Shown here: positions 1-7,108 of the stretch, piece by piece
Layout: each line of letters starts with the position of its first letter
Position numbering within the stretch: the stretch's first letter is position 1
NCBI GenBank assembly: GCA_964615615.1
Contig: CAZTQJ010000001.1
Coordinates: forward strand, 1 to 40,617
DNA: 40,617 nt
Direction: 5' to 3'
Source: an uncultured Acidimicrobiaceae bacterium
Lineage (GTDB): Bacteria > Actinomycetota > Acidimicrobiia > Acidimicrobiales > RAAP-2
The notes under the pieces: generated by a model
What the model saw: the letters and a program-made list of their open reading frames with translations, nothing else
The model's database searches: none
What the model was told of the DNA's origin: nothing
Position numbers and translations under genes: made by a program

Positions 1-55
1 GATATCTACGTCATTAACCCTGAGGGATTGGACTGGCTTATTGCGGAGGGTCGCC
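1..55. repeat. 55-bp exact terminal direct repeat, identical to 40563..40617. This is a circular-contig overlap or terminal redundancy.
   Basis: Direct comparison of the first and last 55 nt shows identity. The helicase reading frame is continuous across the junction. Confidence 0.95.
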
Positions 56-1110
56 TTAAGAGCCTCCAGGTGGACACCCTCGTCGTTGACGAATCGTCAA
101 AGTTCAAACACACGAGCACGAAAAGGTTTAAGAATCTCAAACCTCATCTTAATAAGTTTGCACGACGGTGGATTCTTACTGGTACTCCGGCCCCCAATGG
201 ACTCATGGACTTGTTTGGACAGATCTTTATACTCGACCTTGGGCGATCTTTTACACCATACATTACGAAGTTCAGACTTGAGTTCTTTAACTCCGTCGGT
301 TTCGGTGGCTATACCTATGTCCCCAAACCTGGGACCGACGAACGAATCCATGAACTGCTAAAGCCTATGACGCTAAGGCTTGAGGCTCGCGACTACTTGG
401 AGTTGCCGCAGCTCATCGAGAACCGTATCGTGGTGGAGCTCCCCCCAGCGGCACGGAAAATCTATGACGAGATGGAGCAGCAACTCTTCGCCCTCATTGA
501 CAACGGGGAAATCGCTGTCGCACAGACTGCGGCGGCGGCGAGCATCAAGTGTAGGCAGGTCGCGAATGGGGGAATCTACCGGCAGCTCTCCTACACCCCA
601 GCCGTGAACAGCGACCGCTGGCAAGACATACACATGGAGAAGGCGAATGCAGCGTATGACTTGGTCGAAGAACTGAACGGCCAGCCTGTCCTCGTAGCCT
701 ACGACTTCGAGCATGACAAGGCCCGGCTTCTTCATGTGTTTGGGAAGGACACCCCATACATCGGCGGCGGTGTCTCCGCAAAGCGTGGCGCAGAGATCGA
801 AGCCGAGTGGAACCTGGGGAACATCCCCGTCCTGCTGGTCCACCCAGCCGCCGCAGGTCATGGCCTGAATCTGCAGGGGAATTGCCAGCACGTTCTCTGG
901 CACAGCATGACTTGGGATCTGGAACTCTACGAGCAAACCATCGCTCGAGTCTTGCGCCAGGGTAACAAGTATGACCATGTCACAGTCCATCACATTATCG
1001 CCAAGGACACCATCGATGAAGTCATGATGAGGGCTCTTCGGGGCAAGGCGAAGGTCCAAAATCGATTGCTTACAGCTCTTAAGGAATATCGCGAAGTGCG
1101 AGAAAAATAG
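1..1110 (+). CDS. SNF2/DEAD-like helicase, C-terminal part. The N-terminal part is at 40239..40617 and the joined gene is about 477 aa.
   Basis: In frame from base 1. Motifs VVDESSKFK (DExx), LTGTPAPNG, HPAAAGHGLNLQ and QTIARVLRQGN are present. Stop at 1108-1110. Confidence 0.9.
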   Translation, partial: DIYVINPEGLDWLIAEGRLKSLQVDTLVVDESSKFKHTSTKRFKNLKPHLNKFARRWILTGTPAPNGLMDLFGQIFILDLGRSFTPYITKFRLEFFNSVGFGGYTYVPKPGTDERIHELLKPMTLRLEARDYLELPQLIENRIVVELPPAARKIYDEMEQQLFALIDNGEIAVAQTAAAASIKCRQVANGGIYRQLSYTPAVNSDRWQDIHMEKANAAYDLVEELNGQPVLVAYDFEHDKARLLHVFGKDTPYIGGGVSAKRGAEIEAEWNLGNIPVLLVHPAAAGHGLNLQGNCQHVLWHSMTWDLELYEQTIARVLRQGNKYDHVTVHHIIAKDTIDEVMMRALRGKAKVQNRLLTALKEYREVREK

Positions 1111-1123
1111 TTGCAAAAAAGAT

Positions 1124-1152
1124 TTGCGCCTGAGGGCAAAAGAACCCATAAT
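1124..1152 (+). promoter_or_regulatory. Sigma70-like promoter candidate, TTGCGC-N17-CATAAT.
   Basis: The -35-like hexamer is at 1124-1129, followed by a 17-nt spacer and a -10-like hexamer at 1147-1152. It sits just after the helicase stop. Confidence 0.3.
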
Positions 1153-1203
1153 TTAGGTCCGGTAGCAAACAGAAATTCAACTGAGGTTCCAGTGACAAGT
1201 TTC

Positions 1204-1767
1204 ATGGTTATGAGTGACGCGAACAGGCACACCATCCTTCGGGTGGACGTTGGACCGAAGTTCACGTCTTTCATTGGCCGCACCAAGAAGAACATTGACT
1301 TCCGCAAACTGCCGAACAAGCAGTTTGAGGAAACCTATCTCTGGCAGTATCCGGAGCACCCGATTGTCGGGTTTGCGAATTCGATCTGGAGCCTGCTGGA
1401 ATATGGGGTGCTCGTCACCCTTCGCGCGAGGAAGATCCTCGCCACTTTCTCCAAGGAGCCTTCAATGGCCTCTCCCACCCCCACCCCTGCCAAGATCGCC
1501 AAGGACGCTGAGTTCAAGCCCGTCAAGGCTCCCAAGGTCGCGGCCCCTGTCGCCGAGGGCTCCGAGCCCAAGGCTCGTGGCAAGCGCATCGAGAACCAGA
1601 AGATCCGCCTCCTGGTCAAGAGCAACCCCAAGCGTCCCTCCAGCGCCTCCTTCGGCCGCTTCGAGCTCTACACCACCAACAAGACCACCGACGAGTTCCT
1701 CGCCGCTGGGGGCCTCAGCGCCGACCTGCGCTACGACGTCGAGCACGAGTTCATCGAGCTCTACTAG
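1204..1767 (+). CDS. Hypothetical protein with an N-terminal region of unknown function, a Lys/Ala/Pro-rich segment and a C-terminal domain of about 55 aa paralogous to 27294..27536. A strong in-frame internal start lies at 1465.
   Basis: The frame is open from 1111, and the first ATG is at 1204. AAGGAG lies 6 nt before the ATG at 1465. In 1465-1767 I counted 91 of 100 sense codons ending in C or G and none in A. The alignment I.LLV..NPKR...ELY..T...F.AAGG.SADL..D...FI.L matches the 27294 protein. Confidence 0.6.
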   Translation: MVMSDANRHTILRVDVGPKFTSFIGRTKKNIDFRKLPNKQFEETYLWQYPEHPIVGFANSIWSLLEYGVLVTLRARKILATFSKEPSMASPTPTPAKIAKDAEFKPVKAPKVAAPVAEGSEPKARGKRIENQKIRLLVKSNPKRPSSASFGRFELYTTNKTTDEFLAAGGLSADLRYDVEHEFIELY

Positions 1768-1779
1768 TCCCAGGTTCAA

Positions 1780-1816
1780 GGGCCGCATCCTTCACGGGGT
1801 GCGGCCCTTTCTTTTG
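1780..1816 (+). terminator. Intrinsic terminator.
   Basis: Stem GGGCCGCA (1780-1787) pairs with TGCGGCCC (1800-1807), followed by TTTCTTTTG. Confidence 0.7.
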
Positions 1817-1828
1817 TGAGGTAAGCAA

Positions 1829-2599
1829 GTGATCATTTACATCCCCACACTAAACCGCACACGCAAGCAGATCACCTACGAGAACCTACCCGCCGCCATC
1901 CGCAAGATTGCGGTCTTTGTTGCGAATGAGGCTGATGCGTCGATGCTCAAGCAGAAATACCCACTGTGCAAGGTCATGGTCTGCCTGAAGCATGGCATTG
2001 GCCGGACCCGCCAGTTCATCATCGACAACCACGACTTCGCGAACAGCGGCCCCCAGATCTGCATGCTCGACGATGACCTGAAGTTCTTTGACCGTCGCGA
2101 GGATGACCCCACGAAGTTCGAACTGGCAGGGGAAGAGTCCATTATCGCCATGTTCAACATGATCGCTACCCAGCTTCTGAACCACGCGCTCGTGAGCGTC
2201 ATGACCCGAGAGGGTGGCAACCGGAACACCGAGAACAGCTACAACACTCGTTGCCTGAGAGTGCTGGCCTATGATGCCGGCATCCTACGGCAGGAGAACA
2301 TCAAGTTCGACCGACTACCTGTCATGGAAGACTTTGATGTTGCCCTCCAGCTTCTCCGCAAGGGCTACCCGAATGTCAGCCTCGCCGCATGGGTGCAGGA
2401 TCAGGGTGGCAGCAACACAGCCGGAGGCTGCTCCGGCTATCGCACCATGGAAGTCCAAGCCGAGGGAGCTCATGGCCTGCGGGGATACCATCCCCAGTTC
2501 GTGCGCATCGTAGAGAAAGAGACCAAGGTCGCCTGGGGCGGCAAGAAGCGCACCGATGTCGTGGTCGCTTGGAAGAAGGCATTCAATGCGGACGTCTGA
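1829..2599 (+). CDS. GT-A-fold glycosyltransferase-like protein, resembling TET/JBP-associated glycosyltransferase (TAGT)-type phage proteins.
   Basis: GTG start. The N-terminus IYIPTLNR is Rossmann-like. ICMLDDDLKF is a DxD-like motif, and VMEDFDVALQLL is also present. It is the first gene of the 1829-5317 cassette. Confidence 0.5.
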   Translation: MIIYIPTLNRTRKQITYENLPAAIRKIAVFVANEADASMLKQKYPLCKVMVCLKHGIGRTRQFIIDNHDFANSGPQICMLDDDLKFFDRREDDPTKFELAGEESIIAMFNMIATQLLNHALVSVMTREGGNRNTENSYNTRCLRVLAYDAGILRQENIKFDRLPVMEDFDVALQLLRKGYPNVSLAAWVQDQGGSNTAGGCSGYRTMEVQAEGAHGLRGYHPQFVRIVEKETKVAWGGKKRTDVVVAWKKAFNADV

Positions 2600-3422
2600 G
2601 CTCTGGGCCTTTATCCGCGAGCGACACAATATCTACCTCGCGAAAACCGCTGGCCTTCCCAAGCCTTGGACCCAGGACAAGATCCTGGGTTCTTACCGTT
2701 TCTGCAATATGTATCGGGAGTTGGACTCGGTGACCCTATGGGTGGCTGAGAACTGGCGCAAGCCGCATGAATGGGACAACGACCTCTGGTTCGCTATGGT
2801 CGTGGCCCGACTGGTGAACTGGCCCGACACGCTGGAGATGATTGGCTACCCTGTTCCCTACGACAGCCACCGTTTCGTGAACGAGCTTCACTGCCAGAAG
2901 GCCCTCGGCAAAAAGGCGTTCAGTGGGGCATACATCGTCAGCACCAATGGTCATGCCATGGACAAAGCCGAGTATCTCGACAAGTATGTCCTGAAGCCCC
3001 TGTGGGATAACCGAGCCACCATCCGGCCCACGGAAGGCGACCACCTTGAGGACTTCTTCAACCGTCTCAACAAGTATAACGGGATGGGAAGTTTCATGGC
3101 TGGGCAGGTGATTGCGGATGCGAAATACGCTGGATGCCTCTTTAACGCACCTGATTGGTGGGCGTGGGCAGCTAGTGGACCGGGTAGTCGCAGGGGTCTC
3201 AACCGGGTCACCAGCCGTCCTGTTGATGCATCGTGGCCCGGTAACACATGGCACAAAACACTGTCGGAACTCAAGGTGCAGATCGACCACTTCGTGAACG
3301 CCGCTGGCTGGCCTGAGCTCCATGCCCAGGATCTCCAGAACTGTCTCTGCGAGTGGGATAAGTATGAGCGGACTCGGTTGGGCGAGGGCAAGCCCCGCTC
3401 CGGCTACCCTGGAGGTCTGTGA
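2586..3422 (+). CDS. Alpha-glutamyl/putrescinyl thymine pyrophosphorylase (aGPT-Pplase)-like protein. This is a tentative family call.
   Basis: The ORF is open from 2556, and ATGs lie at 2556 and 2586. The N-terminal motif PKPWTQDKILGSYRFCNMYRELDSVT, followed by DLWFAMVVARLVNWPDT, matches my recollection of this family. Its stop overlaps the next start as TGATG. Confidence 0.45.
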   Translation: MRTSELWAFIRERHNIYLAKTAGLPKPWTQDKILGSYRFCNMYRELDSVTLWVAENWRKPHEWDNDLWFAMVVARLVNWPDTLEMIGYPVPYDSHRFVNELHCQKALGKKAFSGAYIVSTNGHAMDKAEYLDKYVLKPLWDNRATIRPTEGDHLEDFFNRLNKYNGMGSFMAGQVIADAKYAGCLFNAPDWWAWAASGPGSRRGLNRVTSRPVDASWPGNTWHKTLSELKVQIDHFVNAAGWPELHAQDLQNCLCEWDKYERTRLGEGKPRSGYPGGL

Positions 3423-4414
3423 TGTATGTGATCCAGGCACTGAATGTGAACCATGCTCTCGCCGCTGGCCTGCGCTATCTGAACGAGCATGGGGAGCATG
3501 AAGAAAGCCGAAACGGTCCGGTGCTGGTCTCCCCCACGCCGGTCACTACGATGTATGCGATGCCCGAGCAGCGGGTGATGTTCAACCCCTTGCGAGAGGC
3601 CAACCCTTTCTTCCACCTTATGGAAGCCCTGTGGATGATGGCTGGCCGAAACGACCTCGCATGGCCCCTCTACTTCAACAAGCGATTCGTCGATTACAGT
3701 GACGACGGACAGACCATCCACGGAGCCTACGGCTACCGATGGCGGCAGCACTTCGAGATTGACCAGATCCACCAAGTCGTCAAGGAACTGCAGAACAACC
3801 CCAACTCTCGCCGCGCTGTGATCGGGATGTGGGATCCCGTTGCCGACTGTGGGGCGAACTTCCTGGACCTTCCCTGCAACACGACTATCTACTTCCGTGT
3901 GCGAAGTCGGTGCCTTGACATGACGGTGTGCAACCGTAGCAATGACATCTACTGGGGAGCCTATGGTGCGAACGCTGTCCACATGAGCATCCTGCAAGAG
4001 TTTGTCGCCAGGGCTCTCGGCCTGGGCATGGGATACTACTATCAAGTGAGCAACAACTATCACCTCTATACCGGCCTCATCGAGTTGGAGTCCAATTCTG
4101 CACGTGAGACGATGGCCCACCATAGCCTCAAGAATGACCACTACTCGGCACCCTTCATTGAGACGGTCAGCACCTATCCGCTGATGACCACAGCCGCTAC
4201 CTCATGGATGGCCGACCTCGCCCAGTTCATGACCCTGCCCACCAAGCGAGATGGATACACCGACCCCTTCTTTACCGAGGTGGCTGTGCCGATGTTCTGT
4301 GCATGGCATGAACGCAAGCAGAAAGTGAGTGACGGAGCGCACTGGGTATCACAGATTGCCGCTGATGACTGGCGGCTGGCCTGCACTGAATGGATGGATC
4401 GGAGAGTCAAGTGA
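3422..4414 (+). CDS. Divergent thymidylate-synthase-superfamily enzyme, either ThyA-like or a deoxypyrimidylate hydroxymethylase-like enzyme.
   Basis: GGAGG lies 6 nt upstream of the start. Motifs EALWMMAGRND, YGYRWR, NPNSRRAVIGMWD, LPCNTTIYF (catalytic Cys context), CNRSNDIYWG and NNYHLY are colinear with E. coli ThyA. Confidence 0.75.
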   Translation: MYVIQALNVNHALAAGLRYLNEHGEHEESRNGPVLVSPTPVTTMYAMPEQRVMFNPLREANPFFHLMEALWMMAGRNDLAWPLYFNKRFVDYSDDGQTIHGAYGYRWRQHFEIDQIHQVVKELQNNPNSRRAVIGMWDPVADCGANFLDLPCNTTIYFRVRSRCLDMTVCNRSNDIYWGAYGANAVHMSILQEFVARALGLGMGYYYQVSNNYHLYTGLIELESNSARETMAHHSLKNDHYSAPFIETVSTYPLMTTAATSWMADLAQFMTLPTKRDGYTDPFFTEVAVPMFCAWHERKQKVSDGAHWVSQIAADDWRLACTEWMDRRVK

Positions 4415-4929
4415 GAGAAGAACTTCTTAAGCGTGTCGATTTCATCCGCAAGGGTGGGAACACCAAGCGATATCACACTATCAACACCATCAACGAGAAT
4501 ACCGTGGCGCACCACAGTTTCGGCGTGGCGTGGATGATCTGGATGATTGGCGTCCCCACTGTCAATCTCCTGATGGCAGCACTGGCTCACGACCTCGCCG
4601 AGCAGGTGACTGGGGACATATCCTCCCCCACCAAGCGGCGGTTCCCTGAGCTGGCCTCTATGGTTCAACTCATGGAGGATGAAGTCCTTGACTCCCACAA
4701 TATGTTCTACCAGCTTAACGAGGAAGAGGCTCGCACTCTTAAGATGGCTGACCGTATGGACGGGATGCTGTTCTGCACCAATGAATTCGAACTGGGGAAC
4801 AGGGCGATTATCGAAGTCTACAACCGATACGTCTCCTATGTCGCCGAACTGAAACCCGTAGGCCGCGAGTGGGAAGTGTATCAGGCCATTCGCGCCATTA
4901 TGATGAGGCACACCGATGCAATCAGCTAA
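4390..4929 (+). CDS. HD-domain phosphohydrolase, YfbR-like 5-prime-deoxynucleotidase family.
   Basis: Motifs KRYH..NENTVAHHSFGVAW and ALAHDLAEQVTGDISSPTKR are present. The alternative GTG start at 4411 overlaps the upstream stop as GTGA. Confidence 0.75.
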   Translation: MDGSESQVREELLKRVDFIRKGGNTKRYHTINTINENTVAHHSFGVAWMIWMIGVPTVNLLMAALAHDLAEQVTGDISSPTKRRFPELASMVQLMEDEVLDSHNMFYQLNEEEARTLKMADRMDGMLFCTNEFELGNRAIIEVYNRYVSYVAELKPVGREWEVYQAIRAIMMRHTDAIS

Positions 4930-5317
4930 TAACAAACAGGAAGGTGGGTCTCACTATGCAGGCGAGTATCAGCACTGGGACTTCGTCTGTGAGTGCCTGG
5001 GCGGTAGGTATCTGGAGGGGAACCTCACCAAGTATATCGCTCGCTGGCGCAAGAAGAACGGGCTCCAGGACATCAGGAAAGCCCTGCACTACTTACTCAA
5101 GATTCGCGAGCTCTTTGCGGACGGTGATCTGACAGCCCCGCCTATTGCTCGGCGATCAGGCTCCGTCGAGCGTTTCTGCCTTGTAAACAATCTCGGCTCC
5201 CTAGAGAGCCGAGTGATGTGGATGGCAGCGAACTGGGAAGGAACGCGTGATTTGGATGTTCTCCAATCGGTGCTTCAGGAACTGGAATCTGAGGCCCTGT
5301 TGATCGCTATGTCCTAG
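4916..5317 (+). CDS. DUF3310-like small phage protein.
   Basis: Motif GGSHY...YQHWDFV...GNLTKYIARWRKKNGLQDIRKALHYL is present. It overlaps the upstream gene by 14 nt. Confidence 0.6.
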   Translation: MQSANNKQEGGSHYAGEYQHWDFVCECLGGRYLEGNLTKYIARWRKKNGLQDIRKALHYLLKIRELFADGDLTAPPIARRSGSVERFCLVNNLGSLESRVMWMAANWEGTRDLDVLQSVLQELESEALLIAMS

Positions 5318-5720
5318 CCACCCCCTGAGTCTTTTCATAGGTGCGAAGCGCACCCATACCAAGAAGTCCCATCAACAGAGGTAGCATCTGCGTCAAGTCT
5401 GCAGGTGCTACCTCTAAGACTTTGCCGAAACTGGAGAAGACGAACTTGCCGATGGGCAGGCCAATCCAGTTCCAAGCGCAGGAGACACCGCAGACCCAGC
5501 CGACAAAGGGACGCCAGCCAGAGACGAAAACGCTGGGGCTGGCGGCTTCAATCTTATTGATGTCCATCTGCCCCTGATTCATCGCCATCTGGTTCTGCAT
5601 GGTCGTGAGTATCAAGGACATCTGGGCCTTCTCTTGCTCTGTCTTGTCAGGGAAGAACTTCCCCACCAAATCCTTAGCAAGATCAGCTATCGCACCAATT
5701 CCTAAAGCGTCCAGCCCCAT
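5307..5720 (-). CDS. Holin of the 3-TM type (gene-transfer-agent release holin family).
   Basis: AGGAG lies 5 nt before the ATG at 5720. Motif FFPDKTEQEKAQ...DINKIEAASPSVFVSGWRPFVGWVC is followed by hydrophobic segments. The longer ORF to 5993 overlaps the upstream gene and is not supported. Confidence 0.8.
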   Translation of the reverse strand: MGLDALGIGAIADLAKDLVGKFFPDKTEQEKAQMSLILTTMQNQMAMNQGQMDINKIEAASPSVFVSGWRPFVGWVCGVSCAWNWIGLPIGKFVFSSFGKVLEVAPADLTQMLPLLMGLLGMGALRTYEKTQGVART

Positions 5721-5728
5721 ATCAACTC

Positions 5729-6040
5729 CTAGGTCGCGGTAATGACGGAGACGATGTAACCGGCCCCTTCGGGAACGGCATAGTATTCCGTCTGACCAGC
5801 GACCATCCGGGACATGAGCGCAGTTGCCACCGCACTCGGTCCGATAACGACGCTGCAGATGGCATCGGTATGCACACGGATGACCTTCGTGGCAACATTC
5901 AGCGCAGCACTCTCCAAATGGCCTGCGCCAATGGTGATCTGCTGGTAGGCCAAGGCCGGATTCATGGGGATGCCGACTGGCGTGTTCCCCCACGACTCGT
6001 GCATGACGTCTGCGAACTCGGTGATGTATAACTTAGCCAT
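5729..6040 (-). CDS. Hypothetical conserved phage protein (103 aa).
   Basis: The ORF has a GGGGG Shine-Dalgarno (SD) sequence 4 nt before the ATG and codon usage like its neighbours. Confidence 0.6.
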   Translation of the reverse strand: MAKLYITEFADVMHESWGNTPVGIPMNPALAYQQITIGAGHLESAALNVATKVIRVHTDAICSVVIGPSAVATALMSRMVAGQTEYYAVPEGAGYIVSVITAT

Positions 6041-6134
6041 AATGCCCCCAAATGATGCTTACTGGTGAACGCTGGATGGGTCTTAAAGGCCCGGGAATAA
6101 ACATTTGGCCCCACAGGGTAGGGCTTAAAGCCTT

Positions 6135-6263
6135 CTACTTCTTGGCTTTGCGCGCGACACTCAGCGCGATTGCCACAGCCTGTTTCTGGGGCTTCCCAGC
6201 GGTCTTCTCGGTCTTGATGTTCTGGCTGACGGCCTTCTTGGACCCACTTTTGATGAGCGGCAT
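6135..6263 (-). CDS. Small basic protein (42 aa) with a KPQKQAVAIALSVARKAKK C-terminus.
   Basis: This ORF is not in the supplied track. Its start shares TGATG with the upstream stop. The KQAVAIALS.AR motif recalls a widespread small basic protein family. Confidence 0.5.
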   Translation of the reverse strand: MPLIKSGSKKAVSQNIKTEKTAGKPQKQAVAIALSVARKAKK

Positions 6264-6418
6264 CACTTCTTACCGTATTTCTTCATGATGGCCTTGTCGG
6301 CCTTGAGGTCAGCCTTGCTTCCCTCCTTTATGCCCTTGGCCTTATCCATCTTCTCGTCGGCCTTCTTAGCCGCCTTGGGAGCATTCTTCGGAATGCCGAT
6401 TTCTTTGAGTTGCTTCAT
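6263..6418 (-). CDS. Lysine-rich small protein (51 aa).
   Basis: This ORF is not in the supplied track. It is joined by TGATG to genes on both sides. Sequence: MKQLKEIGIPKNAPKAAKKADEKMDKAKGIKEGSKADLKADKAIMKKYGKK. Confidence 0.45.
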   Translation of the reverse strand: MKQLKEIGIPKNAPKAAKKADEKMDKAKGIKEGSKADLKADKAIMKKYGKK

Positions 6419-6729
6419 CACCGTCCCCTTTCAACAAGTTTGTTTACCTGCCCTTTGATCTCCTTGATGTCGTCGCGCATCTCAGAGCGTTCTGCGGCAA
6501 TCCTGGAGTTGAGAGTACCAACTACTTCTACTAGATGCTTAACACCCTCCTCCTGGGTGACCATGCGCCCCTCCTGCTTCATCATCCACAGCAGGAAACT
6601 TCCGCTGATAATGACCATAGCGATGAGGGTGTCCATTGAAATACCTCGGTTGAGATGCCACTTGCGGCGACGGTCATGCTCCTCCGTCTTCGGGCAATCG
6701 TCGATATTGGGGGGACAGTCTGACATCAT
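6418..6729 (-). CDS. Single-pass membrane protein with a C-terminal coiled coil, possibly i-spanin-like or a holin partner.
   Basis: The TM segment is LIAMVIISGSFLLWMM. The alternative start at 6636 has GAGG 7 nt upstream and would place the TM at the N-terminus. It overlaps the upstream gene as ATGA. Confidence 0.6.
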   Translation of the reverse strand: MMSDCPPNIDDCPKTEEHDRRRKWHLNRGISMDTLIAMVIISGSFLLWMMKQEGRMVTQEEGVKHLVEVVGTLNSRIAAERSEMRDDIKEIKGQVNKLVERGR

Positions 6730-7100
6730 GCCTCCGTCACGGTGATGGTTGTGGGATTGAGGTCTTTGACCTCTTCACGATCAGTGTGGGTCAGCACGAT
6801 GCAACCCTTGGACTCCTCGCCAAACTTGTCAGGATTTCTACTAGCTCCATGAATGAAGAACTCGCTCCGACCAAAGGTCTCCCCCTCGACTTGGGTGAGC
6901 TGGGTGACCATCACCCCCAGCCGAGGGTGGTCATGCCAGGGACCGACGGTGTAGACGCCTTGAGGCAGAGGCCCCGTAGACTTCACCGCTTGCATGGCTG
7001 GATTGTTCTTGCCCTTCCCACGGCCAGCCCACCCTACGGCGACGAGGGTGCCGTCATCCAAGGTGACCTTGCCAGTGGATTGAGCGTAGTTGAGGTTCAT
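6726..7100 (-). CDS. Tlde1/DUF2778-like (YkuD L,D-transpeptidase fold) peptidoglycan-acting enzyme and candidate endolysin.
   Basis: Motifs GRGKGKNNP, GPLPQGVYTV and FFIHGASRNPDKFGEESKGCIVL (H...SxGC catalytic pattern) are present. Confidence 0.6.
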   Translation of the reverse strand: MNLNYAQSTGKVTLDDGTLVAVGWAGRGKGKNNPAMQAVKSTGPLPQGVYTVGPWHDHPRLGVMVTQLTQVEGETFGRSEFFIHGASRNPDKFGEESKGCIVLTHTDREEVKDLNPTTITVTEA

Positions 7101-7108
7101 TGAAGATC

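Noticed and set aside
1111-1203. TTG start at 1111 for the 218-aa ORF.
   Set aside because: This start directly abuts the helicase stop and would lie upstream of the promoter candidate at 1124-1152. The first ATG is at 1204, and a much stronger SD/ATG pair is at 1465.
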